The notes beneath the pieces were generated by a model. It made no database searches. It was given only the letters and a program-made list of their open reading frames with translations, and had not been told where the DNA came from. Source: Gammaproteobacteria bacterium (GTDB lineage: Bacteria > Pseudomonadota > Gammaproteobacteria > Eutrophobiales > Eutrophobiaceae). Taken from it: 64,000 nucleotides of DNA. Location: the NCBI GenBank assembly GCA_965221695.1, contig OZ244905.1:2816001-2880000 (forward strand), in the 5' to 3' direction. Numbering within the stretch: the first letter of the stretch is position 1; each line of letters begins with the position of its first letter. Position numbers and translations under genes: made by a program. Below are positions 48,369 through 57,898 of the stretch, piece after piece.

Positions 48369-49907
48369 ATGAAATCAGCGCAATCCTTAGGTCTCGCAAT
48401 ACTGGTTTGGCTCATTATTGCAGGAAACGGCAACCTATTCGCAGGTGAAATGGACGCCCGACTGTATTTTCAGTCGGTGCGGCGCGACCCGGCTTTGCTG
48501 AGAAATTTCCTGTACGGGTTCCCGAAGGGAGGCGAACTGCACAATCACCTGGACGGCGCCATCTATGCGGAAAACTACATCCGCTGGGCAGCCGAGGACG
48601 GCAAGTGCATAGACCTTCAAACCCACAGGATGACGTTACCGCCCTGTGACGCGGCAGCCGGACGGCCTGCGGTCAGTGAGATCAGCGATAACGCAGACGT
48701 GGTAAACCGGATTATCGACGCGTTCTCAATACGCAACTATGAACGCCGTGAGGTATCCGGCCACAACCAATTTTTTTCAACCTTTGAGCGCTTTGTCCCT
48801 GCGGGCTTCGGCCGCGAAGGGCATATGCTGGCTGAATCCAGCGCCCGGTCCGCGCGCCAGAATGTTATCTACCTGGAGCTGTTGCAGTCATGGGGTATGG
48901 AAAAGGCCCGGCAACTGGGAGCAGACAGCGTGGAATTCGATCCCGGGCGCCCCTTGCAGGAGCTGGCCCGTCACCCGGAGATCGAAAAACTGGCTGCAGA
49001 GACCATTACCAGGCTGGACGCGATTGAGCAGCAGTGGCGCACAGTCCTGGCCTGCGAACAGGAACAAGCGGACCCCGGCTGTGATGTGACCGTCCGCTAC
49101 CTGGCCCAGGTGATCCGCACCTTTCCGCGCTCGCAAGTATTGGCGCAAACGCTACTCGCTTATCATCTCATCGAGAAGGACGCGCGCTACGTCGGACTGA
49201 ATTTCGTGGCGCCGGAAGACGACCCCATCACCCTCAGAGACTACCGCTGGCAGATGGAAATGATCGGCGAACTAGCAGGTTATTTCCCCTCGGCAAAGAA
49301 CGGCATCACGCTGCACGCCGGTGAGCTCGACATCGGGCTGGTCCCCCCCGAACACCTGGGCTGGCACATCCGTGCGGCGCTGGACCTTGCCGGCGCCCGG
49401 CGCATCGGTCACGGCACCGATATCTTCCACGACCCGCAGGCAACGCAACTCATGCAACGAATGGCCGCAGAAGGCATCCTGGTAGAGATCAACCTGACCA
49501 GCAGCGAAGCCATCCTGGGCATAACCGATGAGCGGCATCCGATTCGGGCTTATCTCAAGTATAACGTGCCCGTTGCCCTGTCCACGGACGATGAAGGCGT
49601 CGCCCGCATCGACCTGACCCACGAATACCAGCGAGCGGTGGAAACCTACAAACTCACTTATGACGATCTCAAGTACCTGTCCCGCAACGCGCTGGCCTAC
49701 AGCTTCCTGCCGGGAGAAAGCCTGCTGGAGTCGACCTATACGGGGAAAATCGTTGAGCCGTGCGATTACGGCAACGCCGGGGCCGATGAGAGCATACAGG
49801 AAGACAAGGTGCAGGCCTGCCTTGAATTCATGTTCCGGAACGAAAAAGCCAAGTTACAGGCGGAACTGGAGCGGCGCTTCCGGGTTTTCGAAAGTGGATA
49901 TGATTAA
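48369..49907 (+). CDS. Adenosine/AMP deaminase family protein with N-terminal signal peptide
   Basis: PKGGELHNHLDG, LHAGEL, RRIGHG, STDDEG; hydrophobic N-terminus. Confidence 0.88.
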   Translation: MKSAQSLGLAILVWLIIAGNGNLFAGEMDARLYFQSVRRDPALLRNFLYGFPKGGELHNHLDGAIYAENYIRWAAEDGKCIDLQTHRMTLPPCDAAAGRPAVSEISDNADVVNRIIDAFSIRNYERREVSGHNQFFSTFERFVPAGFGREGHMLAESSARSARQNVIYLELLQSWGMEKARQLGADSVEFDPGRPLQELARHPEIEKLAAETITRLDAIEQQWRTVLACEQEQADPGCDVTVRYLAQVIRTFPRSQVLAQTLLAYHLIEKDARYVGLNFVAPEDDPITLRDYRWQMEMIGELAGYFPSAKNGITLHAGELDIGLVPPEHLGWHIRAALDLAGARRIGHGTDIFHDPQATQLMQRMAAEGILVEINLTSSEAILGITDERHPIRAYLKYNVPVALSTDDEGVARIDLTHEYQRAVETYKLTYDDLKYLSRNALAYSFLPGESLLESTYTGKIVEPCDYGNAGADESIQEDKVQACLEFMFRNEKAKLQAELERRFRVFESGYD

Positions 49908-49938
49908 GGAAACTCTGATTAACTCTTAGAGCTTCCCT
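49904..49938. repeat. Mini-palindrome family member (CTCTGA family), begins with the deaminase stop codon
   Basis: TTAAGGAAACTCTGA-TTAACTC-TTAGAGCTTCCCT. Confidence 0.7.
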
Positions 49939-49997
49939 CATGATCAGCGCGCGGCCCGCCCCGATTGCATGTAACTGTAGGTACAGGATATAGGATT

Positions 49998-52040
49998 ATG
50001 AAATTATACTCACTACCGCTTGTACTATGCTTAAGCCTGCTAGCCTCCGGTATTGAACAGGAAGTTCATGCGGCAGGCATTGGCGACGCGACGAGCAAAA
50101 CCATTACGCAATTTGCCCGTCATTTAACGCCAACGCCCAGCGCGGGACCGGCCGGCGCCGCCGCGAGAAGCGCCGCCAGGCCGCCGTCAAGACCGGCGCA
50201 ACGCCGGCGAGCCGCCAAACCTGCGCCAACCCCGGCGCGTAATGCCTATTTTGGCGACCTGCATATCCACACTTCCTGGTCGCTGGACGGCTATATTATC
50301 TTCAACCGGACAACGCCGGATGATGCGTATGCGTTTGCACAGGGCGATGCAATCGAGTTTTACGGTCGCCCACCCGCAAAACTGGCTGTGCCGCTGGATT
50401 TTGCCGCGGTGACTGACCATGCGGAATTTCTCGGCGAGACGCGGCTGTGCTCGGACCCGGCCGCGACGGCCTATCACACGCAGTTATGCGCTGATATCAG
50501 AAACGAACAGCAGGACCCGGCCGTAGAGAACCGGATCTTCGTTAACGTATTACTGAAAATCCTGCGCGCGGAAAAACCGGAACGGCCGGCCTTCTGTGGC
50601 GAGCAGGGCCAGGATTGTGACGCCGCGTCACGCCACCGTTGGCGCGAGCTGCAACAGGTTGCGGATAAACATTATCGGCCCGGCGAGTTCACCACGTTCA
50701 TCGCTTACGAATGGACCGGCGAACAAGGTGGCAATCGGCATCGCAACGTGATCTTCCGCAACAGCACGGTGCCCGAAAAGGCCTGGAGTATGATCGAAAT
50801 CCCCACCGTGGAGGGCTTGTGGAAAAAACTGGATGAGCAATGCGCGCCGCCTTGCGATGTGCTGACGATTTCGCACAGTTCCAATCAAAGCAAAGGGCTG
50901 CGCTTTGCCGGCATGAATACGGACGGCGCGCCGTTAACGCCGGCAGAGGCCGCATACCGGGCCGCGCGTGAACCCCTGGTTGAAATCATGCAATTCGCGG
51001 GCGATTCCGAATGCCGCATCGGCCTGGGCACAGAAGACGAATATTGTGATTTTGAAAAATTCGACCTGCGCCCCGTATGCCCCAACCCGCCGCGTCCCGG
51101 TTCCACGCTGCAATGCGCGCCTGTCTGCGACGAGTCGGGCGGTCCTGAAGGATGCGTATCAGCAGCCAGCTATGTGCGCAACGGCCTCAAGGCAGGCCTT
51201 ACGTTGCAGCAGAAGCTGGGCGCCAATCCGTACAAACTCGGTTTTGTCGGTAGCACGGATGCGCACAATGCCAACCCGGGCGACACCGACGAGGATGACC
51301 ACCAGGGCCACTTCGGTTACCTGGACGCAGAACCGGAGGACCGGCTGTTGCTGGCGTTAAAAACCGGTTTCAAGCAATTGCCGCGTAACCCAGGCGGTTT
51401 GGCCGCGGTCTGGGCTGAAGAAAACACCCGGGACAGCATTTTTGACGCGTTGCGCCGGCGGGAGACCTTCGGCACCAGCGGCAACCGCATTCTTATCCGT
51501 TTCTTCGGCGGCTGGGAGTTCCCGGCTCGGCTCGACCCGAGCACAGACCTGGCGCAGTTGGGTTACCGGGATGGCGTGCCGATGGGCGCCGACCTGCCAA
51601 AAGCCAAAATCGGCGCTGCGCCCCGTTTCCTGGTCTGGGCGATGCAGGCCGTGGATGGAGAGAGGCTGCAGCGCTTGCAGGTGGTCAAGGGTTGGCTGGA
51701 AGACGGCAAGCCGCGGGAGCGGGTCTATGACGTGGCCTGCTCCGATGGCCTGGTCCCGGATCCGGTTACTCACCGTTGCCCCGATAACGGCGCGCGGGTC
51801 AGCCCCAGGGATTGCAGAGTCACCGCAGATACGGGCGCGACGCAGTTGCGGGGCGTGTGGGAAGACCCCGATTTCGACGCATCGGAGCAGGCATTTTACT
51901 ACCTGCGGGCGCTGGAAAACCCGCGCTGTCGCTGGAGTACTTTTGACGCGCTGCGCCTGGCACGCCCGCTACCGCCGAATGCGCCGCCAATCATACAGGA
52001 ACGCGCCTGGTCATCGCCTATCTGGCACATAAGTGATTAG
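49998..52040 (+). CDS. Secreted DUF3604 (PHP-like metallohydrolase) protein
   Basis: Signal peptide, FGDLHIHT.WS.D, VTDHAE, YEWT, HRNV, GSTDAH, ENP.CRWST, QERAWSSPIW. Confidence 0.88.
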   Translation: MKLYSLPLVLCLSLLASGIEQEVHAAGIGDATSKTITQFARHLTPTPSAGPAGAAARSAARPPSRPAQRRRAAKPAPTPARNAYFGDLHIHTSWSLDGYIIFNRTTPDDAYAFAQGDAIEFYGRPPAKLAVPLDFAAVTDHAEFLGETRLCSDPAATAYHTQLCADIRNEQQDPAVENRIFVNVLLKILRAEKPERPAFCGEQGQDCDAASRHRWRELQQVADKHYRPGEFTTFIAYEWTGEQGGNRHRNVIFRNSTVPEKAWSMIEIPTVEGLWKKLDEQCAPPCDVLTISHSSNQSKGLRFAGMNTDGAPLTPAEAAYRAAREPLVEIMQFAGDSECRIGLGTEDEYCDFEKFDLRPVCPNPPRPGSTLQCAPVCDESGGPEGCVSAASYVRNGLKAGLTLQQKLGANPYKLGFVGSTDAHNANPGDTDEDDHQGHFGYLDAEPEDRLLLALKTGFKQLPRNPGGLAAVWAEENTRDSIFDALRRRETFGTSGNRILIRFFGGWEFPARLDPSTDLAQLGYRDGVPMGADLPKAKIGAAPRFLVWAMQAVDGERLQRLQVVKGWLEDGKPRERVYDVACSDGLVPDPVTHRCPDNGARVSPRDCRVTADTGATQLRGVWEDPDFDASEQAFYYLRALENPRCRWSTFDALRLARPLPPNAPPIIQERAWSSPIWHISD

Positions 52041-52145
52041 CCCTCGAATTTGAACCTGCTGGCTATCTCTGGCACGAAGTCTTTGGCTGTAGTCCAGCGC
52101 TTGCAAGAATCATGTTTCCGATAACGACAAATGGCTGGGTGAGGA

Positions 52146-54023
52146 ATGTGGTTTAGTCGTCATCTGCGAATAGTAGTGTTGCTGTTGCCGGTAGCGCTGG
52201 CGGCGCAGGAGTCCGGACCGCGCTTTCCGTTCTTCGGCGACCTGCATGTACACACTGCCTGGTCGCTGGACAGTTACGTTAACTTCAACCGGGTTGGTCC
52301 CCGGGATGCCTACCGCTTTGCCCTGGGGGAGCCTGTCACGCTGTCAGGCGGCAGGGTGGCGCGCATAGACCGGCCACTGGATTTTGCCGCGGTCACGGAG
52401 CACGCGGAATACCTGGGCGAGTTGCGCATGTGCACGGATGAAACCGATGCCCGCTATGCGTTGGATATCTGCCGGGACATCCGCAACGAGGCCGCGCAGC
52501 AGTCTTTGATAGACCGGATTTACAAGGAATTGATCATACGCGATGTGCTGTCTCCGAACCCACAACGCGAGTCCGACTTGTGTGGGGCGGATGATGCCCG
52601 CTGCCTGGCAAGGGCAAAATCAGTTTGGCGGGAACTGCGCGACATCGCCGCTGAGTTCAATCGCCCCGGCCGGTTCACCACCTTCGTGGGTTACGAGTGG
52701 ACTGGTAACACCAACGGCAACAACCTGCACCGGAACATCATCTACGGTAACGACTGGGTACCGGCGCTGCCGATCAGCTATTTCGAGGCGAACACGCCAG
52801 AGAAATTATGGCGCCAACTGCAGGACACCTGCGCGCCGCCGTGCGAAGTCCTGGCCATTCCGCACAACTCCAACCAGAGCAATGGCCGGCAATTCCCGGC
52901 CATGGAAACAGACGGCAGTCCGTTGCGCGCCGAGTGGGCGGCGCTGCGGGCCAAAACGGAGCCCCTGGTGGAGATCATCCAGGCCAAGGGCGAGTCCGAA
53001 TGCCATACCGGGGTGGGCACGGTGGATGAACTGTGCCGTTACGAGAAGATCGAGCGCCGGCCCCTGTGTGGGGAACAGGGCGTTGGGGAGGACTGCGTAC
53101 CGGTTTGTACCGGTCATAGCAGCGGGCCGGGTTGCGTCGCGTCCAACAACTACCTGCGCAATGCCCTGAAAACGGGACTGGAACTGGAGCAGGAACTGGG
53201 CGTAAATCCTTACCGGCTGGGTTTCATAGGCAGTACCGACACCCATAACGGCGCCCCTGGCGCGGTTGACGAGAGCGATTTCCAGGGCCATCACGGCGTC
53301 GAGGATGGCACGCCTGAACAGCGTGCGCGCATGCCTGAAATAAAGGAGTTTACGGCCAACCGGGTCAAAGGTTCAGGCGGACTGACCGGCCTCTGGGCGG
53401 AGCAGAACACCCGCGCCGCCCTGTTTGACGCGCTACAACGCCGGGAAGCCTTCGCCACCAGTGGCACGCGCATCACGCTGCGCTTTTTTGCCGGCTGGGA
53501 GTTCCCCGACGATATCAATGGCATCGATGATCCGGCTGCGCTGGGCTATGCCTACGGGACACAGATGGGCGGCGAATTGCCACCCGCGCATGAAGCGGCG
53601 CAACCGGGTTTCATCATCTGGGCCATGAAGGACCCGCAAGGGGTTAACCTGCAGCGCGTGCAGGTCATCAAGGGTTGGCTTGAGCAGGGCGGCGGAACTA
53701 AGGAACAGGTCTATGACGTGGTCTGCGCCGGCGACCTGCCCCCTGACCCGGTCACCCACCGCTGCCCGGATAACGGCGCCCGCGTTGACCTGCGCGATTG
53801 CAGTGTGGACATGCGCAAGGGCGCCGTGGAACTGAAAACCCTGTGGCGTGACCCGGAATTCAACCCGCGCCAACCCGCGTTCTATTACCTGAGAGTACTG
53901 GAAAACCCAAGTTGCCGCTGGACTACCTGGGAAGCCCTGCGCGCAGGCAGACAACTGTTCCCGGACATCGCCGCAACCATCCAGGAACGCGCCTGGAGCT
54001 CCCCGATTTGGTACAATCCCTGA
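52146..54023 (+). CDS. Secreted DUF3604 protein (paralogue)
   Basis: Signal peptide, FGDLHVHT.WSLD, TEHAE, HRNI, GSTDTH, QERAWSSPIW. Confidence 0.88.
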   Translation: MWFSRHLRIVVLLLPVALAAQESGPRFPFFGDLHVHTAWSLDSYVNFNRVGPRDAYRFALGEPVTLSGGRVARIDRPLDFAAVTEHAEYLGELRMCTDETDARYALDICRDIRNEAAQQSLIDRIYKELIIRDVLSPNPQRESDLCGADDARCLARAKSVWRELRDIAAEFNRPGRFTTFVGYEWTGNTNGNNLHRNIIYGNDWVPALPISYFEANTPEKLWRQLQDTCAPPCEVLAIPHNSNQSNGRQFPAMETDGSPLRAEWAALRAKTEPLVEIIQAKGESECHTGVGTVDELCRYEKIERRPLCGEQGVGEDCVPVCTGHSSGPGCVASNNYLRNALKTGLELEQELGVNPYRLGFIGSTDTHNGAPGAVDESDFQGHHGVEDGTPEQRARMPEIKEFTANRVKGSGGLTGLWAEQNTRAALFDALQRREAFATSGTRITLRFFAGWEFPDDINGIDDPAALGYAYGTQMGGELPPAHEAAQPGFIIWAMKDPQGVNLQRVQVIKGWLEQGGGTKEQVYDVVCAGDLPPDPVTHRCPDNGARVDLRDCSVDMRKGAVELKTLWRDPEFNPRQPAFYYLRVLENPSCRWTTWEALRAGRQLFPDIAATIQERAWSSPIWYNP

Positions 54024-54064
54024 CGGCAACAATGCTCGCTATCTTTGCCTTTATCGTTGTAACC

Positions 54065-54124
54065 ACCCTAATCAAGGTCGCGCAAAAGCACCCTGAAGCA
54101 TTGGAAGACATTGCAGCTTGATTG
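54065..54124 (+). repeat. 60-bp direct repeat (3' end of higA), identical to 57835-57894
   Basis: ACCCTAATCAAGGTCGCGCAAAAGCACCCTGAAGCATTGGAAGACATTGCAGCTTGATTG at both sites. Confidence 0.9.
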
Positions 54125-54203
54125 TGTCAGCAACACTAGATGTTACTGAGTGGAAAACTGAACCTCATACCGCGCCCAGTAGATCATCGTCGCAGAATAT
54201 CCC

Positions 54204-54986
54204 TTATGCTGCGAGCTTTTCTATCTTCCTGCGGAGGTCGTCTTCAGCCTCTAGTGATGAAACCGCCGTGCCGGCGACATTGGTCAGCCGCGCTAGGTCC
54301 AGCCGGGGAATTTCCTGCTGATCCTCAAATACGATAATCGACTCAAACGAAAGATCGTGAAGCAGGAAGTGGGAAAGCATGATTGTCGTCAGCCGCGCCT
54401 TGTCTCGATTGGGAACCCCGTATAAGAATATTGGCGCTCCTTCCCGGCCTTGCAACCTATAATCCACAGGATAATCGTCTCCGTTAGGTACACCCTGCGG
54501 GACGAAATCCGTCTCGATCTTATCCTCGTCGACGATCTCAAACATCAGGGTCTTGAGATCTTCGTAAAACATCGACGTTACTCGTCCTCGACTTAGAAAT
54601 GTCAGGTCATAAATCTTTGTTAACGCCTGACCAAACTTGAATAGACTGTCTCCGATCTGGTCAGGCGGCGTCACAGTTGTAAAGGTCCCGTGTTTCTCAT
54701 CAATGCCGCTCTCACGCACAATTTGTTCACGAAGTACAGCTCGGGCGCCGTCATAGAGGGCGTCAACATCTTGCTCATAGCTCATGTGCATAAGCGTGTG
54801 ACCACGATCGCTTAACATAATGCTACCCGCCTGAGTTTCGGACAGATAAACCGGATAATGATCGCCGTCGGGGAACGTGAACGGCGTTTCCAGCATAAGC
54901 ACGCCATCATCGCGTTCATGCAAGCGGACCTTCGCACAAAGCCTCTCGCATAACGCCTGTTCCAGAAGCGCTCGATCAAGCTCCAT
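54204..54986 (-). CDS. DUF1828-like protein
   Basis: TPFTFPDGD...VY, LSD.G.TLMH.SY, Y.VDY, DLARL.NV; start ATG 54986 overlaps the stop of an upstream fragment. Confidence 0.72.
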   Translation of the reverse strand: MELDRALLEQALCERLCAKVRLHERDDGVLMLETPFTFPDGDHYPVYLSETQAGSIMLSDRGHTLMHMSYEQDVDALYDGARAVLREQIVRESGIDEKHGTFTTVTPPDQIGDSLFKFGQALTKIYDLTFLSRGRVTSMFYEDLKTLMFEIVDEDKIETDFVPQGVPNGDDYPVDYRLQGREGAPIFLYGVPNRDKARLTTIMLSHFLLHDLSFESIIVFEDQQEIPRLDLARLTNVAGTAVSSLEAEDDLRRKIEKLAA

Positions 54987-55160
54987 CGAACAGATCCGGT
55001 TCATCATGTTGGGCAGTCAGGTTCTGCACACTAGAATCTTCGATAAGACAGGCAAGCGCTCCCTCCAAGGTCTTGTATCGATCCGTCTCTTCGGCATGGC
55101 TATCAATTTTTCTACCCGCAGAAAAGGCCTCCTCAGTTGCATGATGAATATGGCATAGAT
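54976..55160 (-). pseudogene. 3' remnant of the gene upstream of DUF1828, 5' part lost at the IS5 junction
   Basis: Frame reading CHIHHATEEAFSAGRKIDSHAEETDRYKTLEGALACLIEDSSVQNL...DLFDGA-stop, coupled to the DUF1828 start. Confidence 0.5.
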
Positions 55161-55162
55161 AG

Positions 55163-55760
55163 CTGTGGTGTCCACACTCACCCGCTTGAAATCATCGGCT
55201 TTAACCGCCCTGTTCGCCACCCCGGCGCTCACCGTCACCTGGAATATCCTCTCACATCCCGACTCCCCAATCCGTTGACGAAACCGCGTTAAACTGATCG
55301 GGTCTATCGGCGGAACATGCTGAAAGTGCGTCTCACCACAAAAATACTGCCAGTACGGATTCTCCACCCAGCCTGCTACCACTGCCTCGTCCGACAACCC
55401 ATAACAATGCTTCAGATACTGCAACCCCACCATCAACCGCATCGGCTTCCCCGGACTACCGTTGTCCGGGCAGTACAGCGAACCGAATTCCCGGTCAAAC
55501 ACCGACCACGTTATCAGGTCGGCCAGGCGATATAAGGTATGGCGTTGATTGAGCAGGTTGTCTAAGCGTTCGCGGAACAGATCTGAGGAGGAGCGGTTAT
55601 CGGCATCAGCTTGCTTAGGGGTCATGGTTTGCCTCTGCTATTGCAAGGAAATGAAGGTTCATTATACCAAAACCGGCAATAACCGTCCAGGGAAAATGAC
55701 AACTTAGCGCAATATAATCAATAAGTTACAAATGGATTTAGGGTAATTCAGGGGCGACTA
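55163..55760 (-). mobile_element. Truncated IS5-family element (left end plus N-terminal transposase)
   Basis: DLFR.RL..L....H.L..LA..I.W, RLMVGL.YLK...LSDE.V...WVENPYWQYFCGE..FQH, breaks after VSVDTT; end TAGTCGCCCCTGAAT and IHF-consensus site AATCAATAAGTTA. Confidence 0.85.
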
Positions 55761-55867
55761 AATAACGTATCTATGCACTGTCTTGTTTGATTAACTAACA
55801 TTGCATACGTCTCCTTGGTTGTTATGGCGCTCAGAGTAGCAAGTAAAAGTCCCGCAAGTTTGGCTTG

Positions 55868-56524
55868 TTATGTACTCTCCAGCTTGTCTTTTAGCTGCGA
55901 CAACAGTGATATCAAACTCTGCCGTATAGCAATAGCCGTATCTCTGCCTGCAAAATAAACGTAATTTGGAAGCGCTATTCCGATATTGAGGTCGTAATAA
56001 TATAAAGTTGAAGCGGTGTCCTCAGAACTGCTTAGAGCCAGGCTGTTATATATATTTTCTTCTTCTTCCGTATCTAATTCGTAGTCGCCAAAGCCCCTGA
56101 TAACAAAAGGCTTAAGAGGGGCGGTGGGCTTCACGCTATATTCAATCTCAATCTCTGATTCAGTTCTAAGATATACTAGAGCAGGAACTGGAGCTTCAAA
56201 CCTGACTAAACGAGGCGTGATGACAATGTCATATTCGTTTTCATCAACTGAGCCTGACTTGATATCAACAGTTTCGTACGCTGAGCTCAGACTATCTTTA
56301 ATCGCATAAGAAAGATACTGGCCAATATCATACTGAAATATCGCCATTAGTTGCGATTCATTGTGAACGTGTTTCACAAATTCATCGTCAATCACGACCA
56401 GTACTTTATCCGAAATCAGATCAGGGGACGCTTCAAATGCCGCTTTTGGCACTGGCACAGTTACTTGTACTGCACTACAAGCCACTAAAACCACAGATAA
56501 AAGAATAATTGTTAATTTATTCAC
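55868..56524 (-). CDS. AT-rich hypothetical lipoprotein
   Basis: GTG start with GGGGGAG RBS, lipobox LVAC; visibly lower GC than flanks. Confidence 0.75.
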   Translation of the reverse strand: MNKLTIILLSVVLVACSAVQVTVPVPKAAFEASPDLISDKVLVVIDDEFVKHVHNESQLMAIFQYDIGQYLSYAIKDSLSSAYETVDIKSGSVDENEYDIVITPRLVRFEAPVPALVYLRTESEIEIEYSVKPTAPLKPFVIRGFGDYELDTEEEENIYNSLALSSSEDTASTLYYYDLNIGIALPNYVYFAGRDTAIAIRQSLISLLSQLKDKLEST

Positions 56525-56541
56525 TGTATCTCCCCCCAGTA

Positions 56542-57265
56542 TTTTCCAATACTGGAATGAGCCTGAAGTAGAGAGATTCCGCCCCGGTCTCAAGCCCGTT
56601 TGTATTCCTGTTCATGGATGGTTGTAAAGAGGTCCCGGCGCGCCTGTTGCAGCGCGACCGCGGCCGCGTTGTCGCTGATACCGTAAGCGACCTGGTCCAG
56701 TATCTCAAAGCTTACGTCCGGTTTCAAATAGGTCGCAGCATTGTCCAGGGACTTGAGTTTCTCATAGGGGGTCATGAGGTTCATGTAAGGGTAACGCTTG
56801 CGCTGTTTTCCCTTCTTGTCGGTGACGGTCTCCGGAAACAGGCAGGGCCGGTGGTAGTTCACATACGGGTTGAGATGCTGCCGGTGAAACTCGTTCAGTG
56901 GGCTGGCCCAGCGACGCGGGATATGGGCATGGCCTAAGAGCTTGCGTACCACGTGGCCGTTCTTGCACTCCACCAGGGCATTGTCGTTGCTGTGCCGGGC
57001 GCGGGACTTGGTGAGTTCAATACCTATCAGTACGCCCCGATCCGCCTTGTCGCAGCCCAGGTAATCAAACTTCACCAGGGTGCGCAGTATCCAGTCATAC
57101 CGGCTCTGCTTGTCACCGGCCACCTCGAAGGCCACCTGCTGGGTCCCCGCGAGAAAGGCGCGCACATGGTGAATCGTTGTTAACTCGTTGGCATTCATGA
57201 TCGTTTTCATCCTCGCATCATGAACGGAAACACGGGCCGATTCAGGCTCATTTCATATTGGAAAA
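56542..57265 (-). mobile_element. Internally deleted IS (integrase-core transposase, ISNCY/IS481-like)
   Basis: IRs TTTTCCAATACTGGAATGAGCCTGAA / TTCAGGCTCATTTCATATTGGAAAA; ORF 56590-57210 joins the N-terminus directly to TKSR.RHSNDNALVE.KNG..VRK. Confidence 0.78.
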
Positions 57266-57273
57266 CTCTAAAT

Positions 57274-57302
57274 TTGCAGATAGTACTGCATAGCCGTATA
57301 AT
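57274..57302 (+). promoter_or_regulatory. higBA promoter with inverted-repeat operator
   Basis: TTGCAG-17bp-TATAAT, palindrome TGCAG-ATAGTA-CTGCA; ATG 6 nt after the -10 box. Confidence 0.7.
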
Positions 57303-57308
57303 AGCGTT

Positions 57309-57620
57309 ATGCGTACAGTTGTTGAGACAAGGACGTTCAGTGCACAAGCGGCCAAGGTGTGGGCCGCTGAACAATACCAGGAATTTGTCGCATATATAGC
57401 TAACAACCCTGATGCAGGCGTAGTTATTCCGGGGACTGGTGGCGTAAGAAAAATTCGCTGGAATAAACAAGGATCAGGAAAACGCAGTGGAGTCCGTATA
57501 ATTTACTTCAACAACTCCGATTATGAAACCTGGCTGCTTGCTATTTATGACAAGAGTGAACGTGAAAGTATACCGTCGCATGAATTAAAGAAAATCAGAG
57601 ACACCATCCATGAACAATGA
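57309..57620 (+). CDS. higB: RelE/HigB2-type toxin
   Basis: ET..F, NP.AG.VIPGTGGVRKIRW..G.GKR.GVR.IY, LL.IY.K. Confidence 0.88.
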   Translation: MRTVVETRTFSAQAAKVWAAEQYQEFVAYIANNPDAGVVIPGTGGVRKIRWNKQGSGKRSGVRIIYFNNSDYETWLLAIYDKSERESIPSHELKKIRDTIHEQ

Positions 57621-57891
57621 AATGAGTAAAGCGGGACGGGCGCTGCTTGATGATGTGATTGCTATCAAGAAAGGCGCGCCCACTAAAATCTGGTCACCGG
57701 AACAGTTACTGGTTATTTCCGTGCGTAAACAACTTAAAATGTCACAGTCGGTCTTTTCAAGATTATTAGGCATTCCTGTATCTACACTCAGGGATTGGGA
57801 ACAAGGGCGCAAACAGCCCGATAGCGCCGCAATTACCCTAATCAAGGTCGCGCAAAAGCACCCTGAAGCATTGGAAGACATTGCAGCTTGA
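57610..57891 (+). CDS. higA: HigA2-type HTH antitoxin
   Basis: R..L.MSQ..F..LLG....TLRDWEQGR..P..AA..L. Confidence 0.88.
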   Translation: MNNEMSKAGRALLDDVIAIKKGAPTKIWSPEQLLVISVRKQLKMSQSVFSRLLGIPVSTLRDWEQGRKQPDSAAITLIKVAQKHPEALEDIAA

Positions 57892-57898
57892 TTGCGTT

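Noticed and set aside
53912-54121. 69-aa ORF ending TLIKVAQKHPEALEDIAA
   Set aside because: Chimera of the DUF3604 3' end and the 60-bp higA repeat, not a gene
55017-55162. C-terminus of the 202-aa transposase ORF
   Set aside because: Read-through past the IS truncation into another gene's remnant in a different frame
57304-57313. GTTATGC at the higB start as an attC core site
   Set aside because: No upstream attC hairpin; the region is better explained as a sigma70 promoter
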